DNA of 64,000 nucleotides, taken from positions 448,001 to 512,000 of the forward strand of contig CBDCUI010000008.1 of NCBI GenBank assembly GCA_965222615.1, given 5' to 3'. The position numbers were made by a program, and so were the translations under genes. Under the pieces are notes generated by a model that saw nothing but the letters and a program-made list of their open reading frames with translations, was not told where the DNA came from and made no database searches. This stretch comes from Gammaproteobacteria bacterium. Its GTDB lineage: Bacteria > Pseudomonadota > Gammaproteobacteria > UBA4575. This document shows positions 51,036 through 62,169 of the stretch, one piece after another (the stretch's first letter is position 1; every line of letters starts with the position of its first letter).

Positions 51036-51329
51036 GAATCGCTACATGATGCTTGATTTGCGTGGAATACCAGGTTTCGTCCATATCTATTAATTAAGAA
51101 GTTATTTGTTACACGAAACCTATCATCTATAGGTGGAAGAGAATAGGAGCGCGCTTCGCGGCGCTTAATTTACGTGGAGTCTCTCCACGCGAGCAGCAGT
51201 TCATTATTTGAGAACGAGGTAATAGGTGTCACTTGCGTGACAACTTCTATTTGTGATGAGCTCCCTCACGTTAATATATTTGTGTGGCTGCACCACCCTT
51301 AATTTGCGCATAGTACCCATGCGCACGTG
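51036..51329 (-). repeat. tRNA-linked mosaic repeat array downstream of tRNA-Leu(CAA)
   Basis: 51226-51253 matches 26295-26322 (27/28); 51302-51331 matches 26423-26452 (29/30). Confidence 0.85.
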
Positions 51330-51416
51330 TGGTGCCGGGAGAGAGACTCGAACTCTCACTCTGTTGCCAGAACCGGATTTTGAATCCGGCGCGTCTACCA
51401 GTTCCGCCACCCCGGC
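51330..51416 (-). tRNA. tRNA-Leu (CAA)
   Basis: GCCGGGGTGGCGGAACTGGTAGACGCG-CCGGA-TTCAAAA-TCCGG..GTTCGAGTC..GGCACCA. Confidence 0.97.
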
Positions 51417-51440
51417 ATTTCAGTGACCATCGAATGTTGA

Positions 51441-51468
51441 AGTGTAGCGTAAATTGATATGCTAGCAA
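51441..51468 (-). promoter_or_regulatory. Putative sigma70 promoter for tRNA-Leu(CAA)
   Basis: TTGCTA-16 nt-TACACT. Confidence 0.5.
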
Positions 51469-51503
51469 CAATCAACTTCTAATAAAGAATATTTCCTTTT
51501 ACA

Positions 51504-52529
51504 GTGAATCTTGATCAATTCGATTACGAACTTCCAGCCGAGCTAATTGCACAATTTCCATTAACTGAAAGAGCGGCAAGTAGGCTATTGCACTTTGTTG
51601 CGGGTGGTACAGATTTTAATGATTTAAAGTTTATAGATTTACCTGACTTGTTGCGTGAAGGAGACTTACTAGTGTTTAACGATACTAAAGTCATTGCCGC
51701 ACGGTTATATGCTAAAAAAGAATCAGGCGGGAAAGTTGAACTGTTACTGGAGCGTATACTTGATGCGCACACCATGTTAGTACAGCTTAAAGCAAGTAAA
51801 ACTCCTCGGTCTGGGACTAGAATAATATTTGAAAATAGTGTCGGGGCTGAGGTGATTGATCGACATAATGAGTTTTTCGTAGTGCAATTAAAGGGTGGGA
51901 TAGAAGTCAAAAGTCTATTAGACGAATGTGGGCAAGTACCCTTGCCACCCTATATACAGCGGAGGTCAGAGCCTGAAGATTTTAATCGCTATCAAACAAT
52001 TTATGCTTTGCACAAAGGTGCTGTAGCGGCACCCACTGCAGGCCTACATTTTGATAATGCTATGTTTGACCAGCTACGACAGCAGGGTGTGGAGTTTGCT
52101 TTTATAACTTTGCATGTTGGCGCGGGAACCTTTCAACCTGTCAGGACAAACAAAATTGAAGAACATGTCATGCATGCAGAATATGTGAAGGTACCTCAAG
52201 TGGTTTGTGACCAGATAAATAAGTGTAAGCGTCGTGGAGGAAGGGTGATAGCAGTTGGAACCACAGTTGTTCGTGCATTAGAGTCCATGGTTTTAAAGAA
52301 AACCCTGAGTCCTTACGAAGGCGATACTAATTTATTTATTAATCCTGGTTTTGAGTTTAAGGTTATAGATGCCTTGCTTACGAATTTTCATCTACCAAAA
52401 TCTACTTTGCTTATGTTGGTAAGTGCGTTTGCTGGATACGAAACTATTATGTCGGCATATCAACACGCCGTTGCCCAACGTTATCGCTTTTATAGCTTCG
52501 GTGATGCTATGTTTATTGAGAAAAAATAG
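51504..52529 (+). CDS. queA: SAM:tRNA ribosyltransferase-isomerase
   Basis: LIAQFP, PLPPYI, AAPTAGLHF, LHVGAGTF, TNFHLPKST, YSFGDAM. Confidence 0.98.
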   Translation: MNLDQFDYELPAELIAQFPLTERAASRLLHFVAGGTDFNDLKFIDLPDLLREGDLLVFNDTKVIAARLYAKKESGGKVELLLERILDAHTMLVQLKASKTPRSGTRIIFENSVGAEVIDRHNEFFVVQLKGGIEVKSLLDECGQVPLPPYIQRRSEPEDFNRYQTIYALHKGAVAAPTAGLHFDNAMFDQLRQQGVEFAFITLHVGAGTFQPVRTNKIEEHVMHAEYVKVPQVVCDQINKCKRRGGRVIAVGTTVVRALESMVLKKTLSPYEGDTNLFINPGFEFKVIDALLTNFHLPKSTLLMLVSAFAGYETIMSAYQHAVAQRYRFYSFGDAMFIEKK

Positions 52530-53779
<1,250 letters not shown>

Positions 53780-53843
53780 TCCAAGAACGTGAAGACTATG
53801 GCATAATACGCCGCTGCAATTTTTTAAGAAGCACTAACAGCCT

Positions 53844-54170
53844 ATGTTTTTAATATCAGATGCCATGGCAGAGACAGCGCCTGCGCCGGTAAATCCCGGT
53901 TATTCTATGTTTATCATGATCGGAATATTTTTTGCGATTATGTACTTTATGATTATTCGACCACAGCAAAAACGACAGAAGGAGCATCAAAAACTGATTA
54001 GTTCATTGTCAAAGGGTGATGAAGTGGTTACATCCGGAGGGATGTTAGGCAAAGTCCTAAAAGTGGGTGAAAACTCTATTAAAGTCGAAGTTGCCGAAGG
54101 GGTGGCGATTAAACTGCAAAAAAATTCTATTTCTTCTGTGTTGCCCAAAGGTTCCCTAAAGAATGACTAA
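53844..54170 (+). CDS. yajC: Preprotein translocase subunit YajC
   Basis: YFMIIRPQQKRQKEH, KGDEVVTSGG. Confidence 0.97.
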   Translation: MFLISDAMAETAPAPVNPGYSMFIMIGIFFAIMYFMIIRPQQKRQKEHQKLISSLSKGDEVVTSGGMLGKVLKVGENSIKVEVAEGVAIKLQKNSISSVLPKGSLKND

Positions 54171-54247
54171 GTTGCAAGACTAATTCGCTTAAATACATCT
54201 TACCAACGAATATTATTTAGGAAGGTCAGGCTAAAACCGTGGTCCCA

Positions 54248-56107
54248 ATGAATCATTATCCATTGTGGAAGTATCTGCTAATTTTATTATTGATTGCAGT
54301 GGCGGCTTTGTATGCGATTCCTAACCTGTATCCAAATGATCCGGCTGTACAAATATCACATCAATCCGGTGAACTACCGGGAAACACACTGACGGTAATT
54401 CAGAATGCGTTAAAGAAAAAAAATATTGAAGTGAAAAATGAAGAGCAGCAGGACAATAAAATTTTGCTGCGTTACGCTAATGAAGAACAACAGCTGGTCG
54501 CCAAAGAAGAAATTAAAGAAGCTCTTGATGAACGCTACAATGTTGCCTTAAATCTTGCTCCTGCCACGCCTGGTTGGTTACGTTCCATCAATGCATCACC
54601 CATGAATCTAGGCTTAGATCTACGTGGTGGCGTACATTTTTTGCTACAAGTCGACATGGATGCGGCGATTGAGAAGGCACTTAATAATAATGTTTCTTCG
54701 TTTAGAACTACACTGCGTGATGCGAATATCCGGCGCACTTCGGTAAGAATTGAAGACAATAAATTGTGGGTGAAATTTAAAGATGCAGAAAGTCGTACTC
54801 AGGGTCTTGAGGTGTTACGCAAAGAATATGTTAATGAGTTGAATTTTAGTGAAGAAGATAATGGTGGTGATTATTTTGTAACGGCCAGTATCAGTGAAGA
54901 TGCGGTACGTGAGATACAAAGTCTGGCCATTCAGCAAAACATACAGACCTTACGTAACCGCGTGAATGAACTCGGTGTGGCCGAACCGGTGATTCAGCAA
55001 CAAGGCGCGGAACGAATCGTCGTGCAACTTCCAGGTGTGCAAGACACAGCGGCTGCTAAAGAAATATTAGGTGCAACGGCAACAGTCGAATTCCGTATGG
55101 TCTGTGAAACCGAAGATCCCTTTCGTGCTGCAGAAACCGGCCGTGTCCCAATAGGTTGTATATTGTATGAAGAACGCGAAAGTGGTAATCCGGTATTGCT
55201 AAAACGTGAAGTGATGCTAACCGGTGATCGCATTATCAACGCGAATTCAGGTTTTGATGAAAACGGCTTGCCTGCAGTGATTATCACATTAGATGGTAGG
55301 GGTGCGAGCCGCTTTGCCGAAGTAACGGCTGCAAACATCAATAAATTAATGGCCGTTGTATTTATCGATAACAAAACACAATTAGTAGAAAAAGATGGCA
55401 AGCAAGAAAGAACAACCATCAGAGATGAGAAAGTTATCAATCAGGCGGTGATACGTGACACCCTCAGTAAACGGTTTCAAATTGAAGGTTTAGATTCCAC
55501 CCATGAGGCGTTGAAATTATCACTGCTATTGCGTGCCGGTGCCTTAGCGGCACCGGTGGAAATTGTTGAAGAACGCACGGTGGGCCCCAGTCTGGGGAAA
55601 CAAAATATTGAGCTGGGTAAAAAATCGATTCTGATTGGGTTGATCTTAGTGATGATCTTTATGGCCTTGTACTACAGGGTTTTTGGTATTGCAGCCAATT
55701 TTGCTTTACTAGCCAATTTGATTTTAATCATCGGTATTATGTCTTTGATACCGGGTGCAACTTTAACGCTTCCAGGTATTGCTGGGATTGTATTAACAGT
55801 AGGTATGGCAGTTGATGCCAATGTATTGATTTTTGAACGCATACGTGAAGAGTTGCGTAACGGCAATTCACCGCAAGCTAGTATTCATGCTGGCTATGCC
55901 AAGGCACTTTCCACTATTGCCGATGCCAATATCACCACTTTGATCGCAGCCGTTGTTTTATTTGTGTTTGGTACTGGGCCTATAAAAGGGTTTGCTGTGA
56001 CTTTGTCTATTGGTATCGTGTGTTCAATGTTCACCGCCATTATGGGAACACGTGCCTTAATCAATTTATTTTACGGTGGTAAAAAATCTCCAAAATTAGC
56101 GGTATAA
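54248..56107 (+). CDS. secD: Protein translocase subunit SecD
   Basis: LGLDLRGGVHF, RNRVNELGVAEP, GMAVDANVLIFERI. Confidence 0.98.
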   Translation: MNHYPLWKYLLILLLIAVAALYAIPNLYPNDPAVQISHQSGELPGNTLTVIQNALKKKNIEVKNEEQQDNKILLRYANEEQQLVAKEEIKEALDERYNVALNLAPATPGWLRSINASPMNLGLDLRGGVHFLLQVDMDAAIEKALNNNVSSFRTTLRDANIRRTSVRIEDNKLWVKFKDAESRTQGLEVLRKEYVNELNFSEEDNGGDYFVTASISEDAVREIQSLAIQQNIQTLRNRVNELGVAEPVIQQQGAERIVVQLPGVQDTAAAKEILGATATVEFRMVCETEDPFRAAETGRVPIGCILYEERESGNPVLLKREVMLTGDRIINANSGFDENGLPAVIITLDGRGASRFAEVTAANINKLMAVVFIDNKTQLVEKDGKQERTTIRDEKVINQAVIRDTLSKRFQIEGLDSTHEALKLSLLLRAGALAAPVEIVEERTVGPSLGKQNIELGKKSILIGLILVMIFMALYYRVFGIAANFALLANLILIIGIMSLIPGATLTLPGIAGIVLTVGMAVDANVLIFERIREELRNGNSPQASIHAGYAKALSTIADANITTLIAAVVLFVFGTGPIKGFAVTLSIGIVCSMFTAIMGTRALINLFYGGKKSPKLAV

Positions 56108-56127
56108 CAATATTCAGTATAACGACT

Positions 56128-57066
56128 ATGCAATTTCTAAAAGATAATTTAAAAATAGACTTCATGGGTAAGCGCAAAGTGGCTTTAGTACTTTCGCTTG
56201 CGCTGATTATTATTTCGATTGCGGCAATTGTCATACGTGGCTTAAATCTGGGTATCGACTTTACTGGTGGCACCTTGGTAGAAGTGGGTTATCCTGAATC
56301 CATAGAGCTTGAACCAGTGCGTGAAGCATTACGTGCAAGTGGTTATGAAGATGCTATTGTGCAGCACTTTGGTACCAGTAAAGATGTACTCATACGTTTA
56401 CCAGTAGTTGATGAAGACAAAGATAAAGCGGAGCTTAGCAATCGTGTGCTTGATGCGTTGGCACCCACCGGAAATCCGGAAATGCGCCGGGTTGAATTTG
56501 TTGGACCACAAGTCGGGGATGAATTGCGTGACAAAGGTGGACTAGCCATGCTGTATGCTCTAATTGGCATACTCATCTATGTGACATTACGATTCGAATG
56601 GAGGTTTTCACTAGGTTCAGTTGCCGCATTAATTCACGATGTGATTTTAGTGGTAGGTTTTTTTGCCATTACCCAAGTCGAATTTGATCTCACCGTATTA
56701 GCGGCTTTGCTCGCTGTAATTGGTTATTCCTTGAATGACACCATTGTAGTGTTTGATCGAATTCGTGAAAACTTTCGCCGCATACGTAAAGGCACTTCGG
56801 AAGCCATTTTAAATACTTCTATAAATCAAACGTTGTCTAGAACGTTAATAACCTCTCTTACTACTTTACTAGTCTTATTTGCGCTATTTCTATTTGGAGG
56901 CGAAGTGATTCATGCGTTCTCTATTGCTTTAATCGTAGGCGTCATTGTTGGAACCTATTCCTCCATATTCGTTGCGGGCTCGTCTTTATTAGCATTGAAT
57001 GTCAGTAAAGAAGACTTAATGCCGGTTGAAAAGGCAAACTTAAATGAAGACGGTAGTCAGGTTTAG
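56128..57066 (+). CDS. secF: Protein translocase subunit SecF
   Basis: LGIDFTGG, VGPQVG, GYSLNDTIVVFDRIRE. Confidence 0.98.
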   Translation: MQFLKDNLKIDFMGKRKVALVLSLALIIISIAAIVIRGLNLGIDFTGGTLVEVGYPESIELEPVREALRASGYEDAIVQHFGTSKDVLIRLPVVDEDKDKAELSNRVLDALAPTGNPEMRRVEFVGPQVGDELRDKGGLAMLYALIGILIYVTLRFEWRFSLGSVAALIHDVILVVGFFAITQVEFDLTVLAALLAVIGYSLNDTIVVFDRIRENFRRIRKGTSEAILNTSINQTLSRTLITSLTTLLVLFALFLFGGEVIHAFSIALIVGVIVGTYSSIFVAGSSLLALNVSKEDLMPVEKANLNEDGSQV

Positions 57067-57872
57067 GTATTATTACTAATTGCAATGTGAATCGAATTTA
57101 GCATTAAGCGAAATATTTTAGGGTTGGCGGCGACAATATCGCCAGTTTCTAAATGCATGGCACCGCCTTGTGGATCACCCACTAAACCCCCAGCTTCTTG
57201 TATGAGCAAACATCCAGCGGCAATGTCCCAGGTATGCAAACCAAATTCCCAAAAACCATCTAATCTTCCGGCGGCGACATAGGCAAGGTCCAGAGCCGCT
57301 GATCCTGCACGGCGAATTCCCGAGGTATGTAGCATAAGTTCACGCAAGCTCGCAAGATAGACATCGATATTTTGATTTTCTCGAAATGGAAATCCTGTGC
57401 CTAACAAGCTACCTGTATAGCTGCTTACTTTAGATACTCTTATCTTGCGGTCATTCAAGGTCGCACCATTTCCACGTCCAGCGCAATAAAGTTCATCTTT
57501 AAAGGGGTCATAGATTACTGCTACTTCTAAGCGCTGTTGATGACGTAATGCAATGGATACTGCATAGTGCGGAAACCCACGTAAAAAGTTTGTAGTACCA
57601 TCCAGTGGATCAATAATCCATTGGTATTCATCCCCTCCGCTATCACCAGAACTGTCACTAGCTCCACTTTCTTCCGCCAGAATACTATGACTTGGATAGG
57701 CTCGATGAATAATATTTATTATTTCTTGCTCTGCTAAGTGATCAACTTCACTTACAAAGTCATTTTTTTGTTTGGCTTGTATGTTGAGCGAATCAATTCG
57801 TTCAATGTTACGAAAGATTATTTTTCCTGCTTGGCGTGCGGCATTGATAGCGATCGTTAGTGTTGCTTGCAT
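57063..57872 (-). CDS. suhB: Inositol monophosphatase SuhB
   Basis: WIIDPLDGTTNF, RRAGSAALDL, WDIAAG; divergent from trmJ. Confidence 0.96.
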   Translation of the reverse strand: MQATLTIAINAARQAGKIIFRNIERIDSLNIQAKQKNDFVSEVDHLAEQEIINIIHRAYPSHSILAEESGASDSSGDSGGDEYQWIIDPLDGTTNFLRGFPHYAVSIALRHQQRLEVAVIYDPFKDELYCAGRGNGATLNDRKIRVSKVSSYTGSLLGTGFPFRENQNIDVYLASLRELMLHTSGIRRAGSAALDLAYVAAGRLDGFWEFGLHTWDIAAGCLLIQEAGGLVGDPQGGAMHLETGDIVAANPKIFRLMLNSIHIAISNNT

Positions 57873-57974
57873 AGAATTGTTTGCTTATTAACATGCTTGT
57901 TATTTTGAACAGCATAGCATTGTCATGCGAAAATCCGTATACACTTCTCTTGTTGTGATACTAAAATTACATCC

Positions 57975-58001
57975 ATATCAGGATAAATCAGAGCTTCCTT
58001 A
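57975..58001 (-). repeat. Solo end of the TIR type A element
   Basis: Reverse complement TAAGGAAGCTCTGATTTATCCTGATAT matches the left ends at 21484 and 61430. Confidence 0.75.
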
Positions 58002-58010
58002 AGTCAGGCT

Positions 58011-58757
58011 ATGCGTACTTCAAACAAAATTTATATTGTGCTGGTTGAACCTTCGCATCCAGGTAATATCGGTGCGGCTGCACGTGCGGCTAAAACAATG
58101 GGGATCGAAAATATGCTATTGGTGAACCCAAAAAGCTTTCCAGATAAGCAAGCCACTATACGCGCAACCGGGGCTGTGGATGTTTTAGAACATGTGCAAG
58201 TTTTTGCTACTTTAAAAGAAGCGATAAGTGGCTGTACATTTGTAGTTGGAACCAGTTCGCGTCAGCGAGGTTTGCCTTGTCCACAAATTGCACCGAAAGA
58301 TTTAGGTGTAAAAGTTAGACAAGAGCTACAAAATGGAAGCGTAGCTATTGTTTTTGGTCGCGAAAGCAGTGGTTTGTCTAATCAGGAAATGGATCTGTGT
58401 CAGTATGCAACCACTATCCCTACTAGTTGGGAATTTGGTTCTTTAAATTTAGCTGCAGCGGTACAAGTGATTGCATATGAGATCTTTATGGCGACATTGA
58501 GTCAACCATCGAATGAGGCAGCTGCAGAACATGTGTTGGCGACGTCTGATGAGTTAGAACGCTTTTATGCACATCTTGAAGAAGTGCTCTTGAGCATCGA
58601 GTTTCTTGATCCCAAGCAACCCAAATTGTTAATGCGGCGCTTACGGCATCTATACAATCGTGCGCGCCCAACGCAAGTTGAAATTAACATTTTGCGAGGA
58701 GTACTGAGCTCAACCCAGAAAGTAGTTGATTCAGTCGATACCCAACAAGATGCTTGA
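58011..58757 (+). CDS. trmJ: tRNA C32/U32 2'-O-methyltransferase
   Basis: HPGNIGAAARA, VFGRESSGLSN, SLNLAAAVQ, EINILRG. Confidence 0.95.
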   Translation: MRTSNKIYIVLVEPSHPGNIGAAARAAKTMGIENMLLVNPKSFPDKQATIRATGAVDVLEHVQVFATLKEAISGCTFVVGTSSRQRGLPCPQIAPKDLGVKVRQELQNGSVAIVFGRESSGLSNQEMDLCQYATTIPTSWEFGSLNLAAAVQVIAYEIFMATLSQPSNEAAAEHVLATSDELERFYAHLEEVLLSIEFLDPKQPKLLMRRLRHLYNRARPTQVEINILRGVLSSTQKVVDSVDTQQDA

Positions 58758-58842
58758 TTATTTCAAGTAATGGCATTTGATTTAGGTCCTGACCTAGTCC
58801 CTTACCAACGGGATAGTGTGACTTTATAGGCCTCTCCATATA

Positions 58843-58877
58843 ATACCTGATTAAAATACTAGGTTATTTGTTATACT
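58843..58877 (+). promoter_or_regulatory. IscR type-1 box adjacent to an extended -10
   Basis: ATACCTGATTAAAATACTAGGTTAT matches 21/25 of ATASYYGACTRWWWYAGTCRRSTAT; followed by TG-T-TATACT. Confidence 0.75.
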
Positions 58878-58924
58878 GTATGCCTAGAATTGTGGATTAA
58901 TTTACAAATAAGGGGCGATTTGCA

Positions 58925-59383
58925 ATGAAACTCAGTACCAAAGGTCGGTATGCCGTGACGGCAATGTTTGATATCGCACTTCATCATAATGAAGGTCCAG
59001 TTTCCTTGTCAGAAATTTCTGAGCGACAAGGGATCTCGTTGTCATATTTAGAGCAGCTTTTCACGCGTTTGCGCGCGCAGGGTTTGGTAAAGAGCACCCG
59101 TGGACCTGGTGGTGGTTATACCTTGGCAATGGATTCAAAACAAATTGCAATTGCAGATGTGATTGATGCGGTGGATGAAAATGTAGATGCAACACGTTGT
59201 GGTGGTAATGCAAATTGTCAAAATCATGAGCGTTGTTTAACACACGATTTGTGGGAAAATTTGAGTGACCAAATACGTGATTACCTTACTAGTATCTCAC
59301 TTGCTCAGGCAGTGAGTGATTCCCAAGTGCGTGAAGTGTCAAATCGCCAAGATCATCGATTACACCAATTCGAAATGATGTAA
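58925..59383 (+). CDS. iscR: Fe-S cluster regulator IscR
   Basis: [26 protein letters not shown]-x5-C-x5-C-x2-H ligands. Confidence 0.97.
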   Translation: MKLSTKGRYAVTAMFDIALHHNEGPVSLSEISERQGISLSYLEQLFTRLRAQGLVKSTRGPGGGYTLAMDSKQIAIADVIDAVDENVDATRCGGNANCQNHERCLTHDLWENLSDQIRDYLTSISLAQAVSDSQVREVSNRQDHRLHQFEMM

Positions 59384-59428
59384 AAAATTTTGCTCTACAT
59401 TACATGAGATACACGTAAGGAGTAAGCA

Positions 59429-60652
59429 GTGACAGATATTAAATTACCAATATATTTGGATTACAGCGCTACAACACCTGTAGACAAACGTGTTGCAGAT
59501 GCAATGATGACATGTTTGACACAAGAAGGTAATTTTGGAAATCCTGCATCACGTAGTCACCAATATGGATGGAGTGCAGAAAAGGCCGTTGAAGAAGCTC
59601 GCAAAAACGTTGCTGGTTTAATTAATGCAGATCCAAAAGAAATTATTTGGACCAGTGGCGCAACAGAATCAGATAATTTAGCGATTAAAGGTGCTGCACA
59701 TTTTTATAAAAAGAACGGCAAACATATTATTACTTGTAAGACTGAGCATAAAGCAGTACTCGATACCTGTCGTCAACTTGAACGTGAAGGATTTGAAGTA
59801 ACTTATTTAGAGCCACGCGAAAATGGTTTGATAAATATGGAGGATTTAAAAGCAGCAATTCGTGAAGACACCATCTTAATTTCTATTATGCATGTGAATA
59901 ATGAAATCGGTGTGATTCAGGATATTAATTCCATCGGTAAGATAGCTCGCGAACATAAAATTATTTTTCATGTTGATGCCGCACAAAGTCCAGGCAAAGT
60001 GCCTGTAGATGTAGAAGACATGAATGTGGATTTAATGAGTTTGTCTGCTCACAAAGTGTATGGACCTAAAGGAATTGGCGCCTTGTATGTACGCAGGAAA
60101 CCGCGCGTGAGAATCGAAGCACAAATACACGGTGGTGGTCACGAACGTGGTATGCGTTCTGGCACCTTGCCCACACACCAAATTGTCGGTATGGGTGAGG
60201 CATTTCGTATTGCCAAACAAGAAATGGCAGCGGATAACGAGCGTATATTGATGCTTAGGAATAGATTGTTGAATGGGCTCAAAGATATTGAAGAAATTTA
60301 TGTTAATGGTGATTTGGAACAACGAATTCCTGGCAATCTCAATGTCAGTTTTAATTTTGTTGAGGGCGAGAGCTTAATTATGGCACTTAAGGATATTGCG
60401 GTGTCATCTGGTTCTGCATGTACAAGCGCCTCGCTTGAACCCAGTTATGTATTACGTGCTTTGGGCCGTGATGATGAGCTCGCGCATAGTTCAATTCGTT
60501 TTACGATTGGAAGATTTACTACAGTTGATGAAGTTGACTATGCAATAGACCTTATTAAGAAGGCAGTTGTAAAGTTGCGTGATCTTTCCCCTTTATGGGA
60601 AATGCATAAGGAAGGTATAGATCTTAAAACTGTAGAGTGGGCAGCCCATTAA
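59429..60652 (+). CDS. iscS: Cysteine desulfurase
   Basis: [28 protein letters not shown]-terminal EWAAH. Confidence 0.99.
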   Translation: MTDIKLPIYLDYSATTPVDKRVADAMMTCLTQEGNFGNPASRSHQYGWSAEKAVEEARKNVAGLINADPKEIIWTSGATESDNLAIKGAAHFYKKNGKHIITCKTEHKAVLDTCRQLEREGFEVTYLEPRENGLINMEDLKAAIREDTILISIMHVNNEIGVIQDINSIGKIAREHKIIFHVDAAQSPGKVPVDVEDMNVDLMSLSAHKVYGPKGIGALYVRRKPRVRIEAQIHGGGHERGMRSGTLPTHQIVGMGEAFRIAKQEMAADNERILMLRNRLLNGLKDIEEIYVNGDLEQRIPGNLNVSFNFVEGESLIMALKDIAVSSGSACTSASLEPSYVLRALGRDDELAHSSIRFTIGRFTTVDEVDYAIDLIKKAVVKLRDLSPLWEMHKEGIDLKTVEWAAH

Positions 60653-60686
60653 AAGAAAAGCTTTTTAATTTAAGGAGACGATAACC

Positions 60687-61091
60687 ATGGCTTATAGTGA
60701 TAAAGTACTAGACCATTACGAAAATCCTCGTAATGTTGGATCACTTGATAAAGAAGACACAAATGTTGGTACTGGGATGGTAGGTGCACCAGCTTGTGGT
60801 GATGTGATGAAATTACAGATCAAGGTTGATGAGAATGGCGTAATTGAAGATGCCAAATTTAAAACCTATGGCTGTGGTTCAGCTATCGCATCTTCTAGCC
60901 TATTAACCGAATGGGTCAAAGGTAAAACTCTTGAACAAGCAAGTGAAATTAAAAATACCGATATTGCAGAAGAGTTAGCTCTGCCACCGGTTAAGATTCA
61001 TTGTTCTGTGTTGGCCGAAGATGCCATTAAGGCTGCCATTAGTGACCTTAAGTCCAAAGCTGAAGGTAGTGATCAAAAGAAGATTGCTTAA
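60687..61091 (+). CDS. iscU: Fe-S scaffold protein
   Basis: [23 protein letters not shown]. Confidence 0.99.
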   Translation: MAYSDKVLDHYENPRNVGSLDKEDTNVGTGMVGAPACGDVMKLQIKVDENGVIEDAKFKTYGCGSAIASSSLLTEWVKGKTLEQASEIKNTDIAEELALPPVKIHCSVLAEDAIKAAISDLKSKAEGSDQKKIA

Positions 61092-61108
61092 GGATAAGAA
61101 AGCAAGTC

Positions 61109-61432
61109 GTGTCGATTACCCTAACAGATAGTGCCGCAGAGCACGTAAAGTCTTACCTTGAAAAACGAGGTAAAGGAGTTGGTGTGCGTGTGGGAATTAA
61201 AACTACTGGCTGTTCTGGCATGGCTTATACCATCGAGTTTGCGGATCAAGTCGAAGAAGAGGATCATGTTTTTGAAAACAAAGGCGTTAAGGTTATCGTC
61301 AGCCCAAAAAGCATGGTGTATTTGTCAGGCACGGAGTTAGATTACGCAAAAGAAGGCTTAAACGAAGGGTTTAAATTTAATAATCCAAACGAAAAAGATA
61401 GATGCGGGTGTGGCGAGAGCTTCAGCGTATAG
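61109..61432 (+). CDS. iscA: Fe-S carrier IscA
   Basis: [15 protein letters not shown]. Confidence 0.98.
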   Translation: MSITLTDSAAEHVKSYLEKRGKGVGVRVGIKTTGCSGMAYTIEFADQVEEEDHVFENKGVKVIVSPKSMVYLSGTELDYAKEGLNEGFKFNNPNEKDRCGCGESFSV

Positions 61433-61564
61433 GGAAGCTCTGATTTATCCTGATACGTTGTTAAAAAATGTCTCAAAATGCTCATGTATTGTCATATACA
61501 CTCCGCTTTCTCGACATTTTTTGCCTCGTCTCAGCCATTCCATTAATAAATCAGAGCCTCCCTA
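61430..61564. mobile_element. MITE-like palindromic element, TIR type A, TA-flanked, overlapping the iscA stop
   Basis: TAGGGAAGCTCTGATTTAT / ATAAATCAGAGCCTCCCTA (1 mismatch in 19). Confidence 0.82.
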
Positions 61565-61620
61565 GATGCAAATCTCGCTATTTTTAAAAACCATATATAA
61601 CCCTTAAAATTTAAATACCG

Positions 61621-62163
61621 ATGGATATTGATCTTACTCGGAACTATTTCGAGTTGTTTGGGTTTGCGGAAGGCTTTGAAATTGACCAAGATGAATTGGC
61701 AAGTAGATATCACACCTTCCAAACGATCTTGCATCCAGATCGGTTTGCTAATGCTAGCGATCAAGAACGGCGTATTTCGGTGCAAAGTACTGCATTTGTA
61801 AATGAGGCCTATGCTACGTTGAAAAGTAATTTAAAGCGGGCACATTATTTACTAAAATTAAAAGATATTGATTTTGATGCAGAAACAGAAACTTCCAATG
61901 ATGTTGAATTTCTTAATCAACAAATGGAATTGCATGAACGAGTAGAGAAACTAGATAGTTTAAAAGATCCTTTGCAGGCCTTGGGTGAGCTATCAAAAGA
62001 GTTTAAACAGCAACAGGAAAAATTAATTTCTCAATTCGCAACTCAGTATGCGATGAATAGTTTTAGCGAAGCTAAAAATTCTGCTTTGAAGTTACAGTTT
62101 TATGAGCGACTAACGAATCAAATCCAAAAAAAGCAAGAAAAATTTGAAGAAAAGCTTTTATAG
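61621..62163 (+). CDS. hscB: Fe-S co-chaperone HscB
   Basis: NYFELFG, HPD J-domain motif, NEAYATLK, FLNQQME. Confidence 0.96.
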   Translation: MDIDLTRNYFELFGFAEGFEIDQDELASRYHTFQTILHPDRFANASDQERRISVQSTAFVNEAYATLKSNLKRAHYLLKLKDIDFDAETETSNDVEFLNQQMELHERVEKLDSLKDPLQALGELSKEFKQQQEKLISQFATQYAMNSFSEAKNSALKLQFYERLTNQIQKKQEKFEEKLL

Positions 62164-62169
62164 CAACTC

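Noticed and set aside
57063-57066. secF/suhB convergent stop overlap
   Set aside because: A 4-nt tail-to-tail overlap is common
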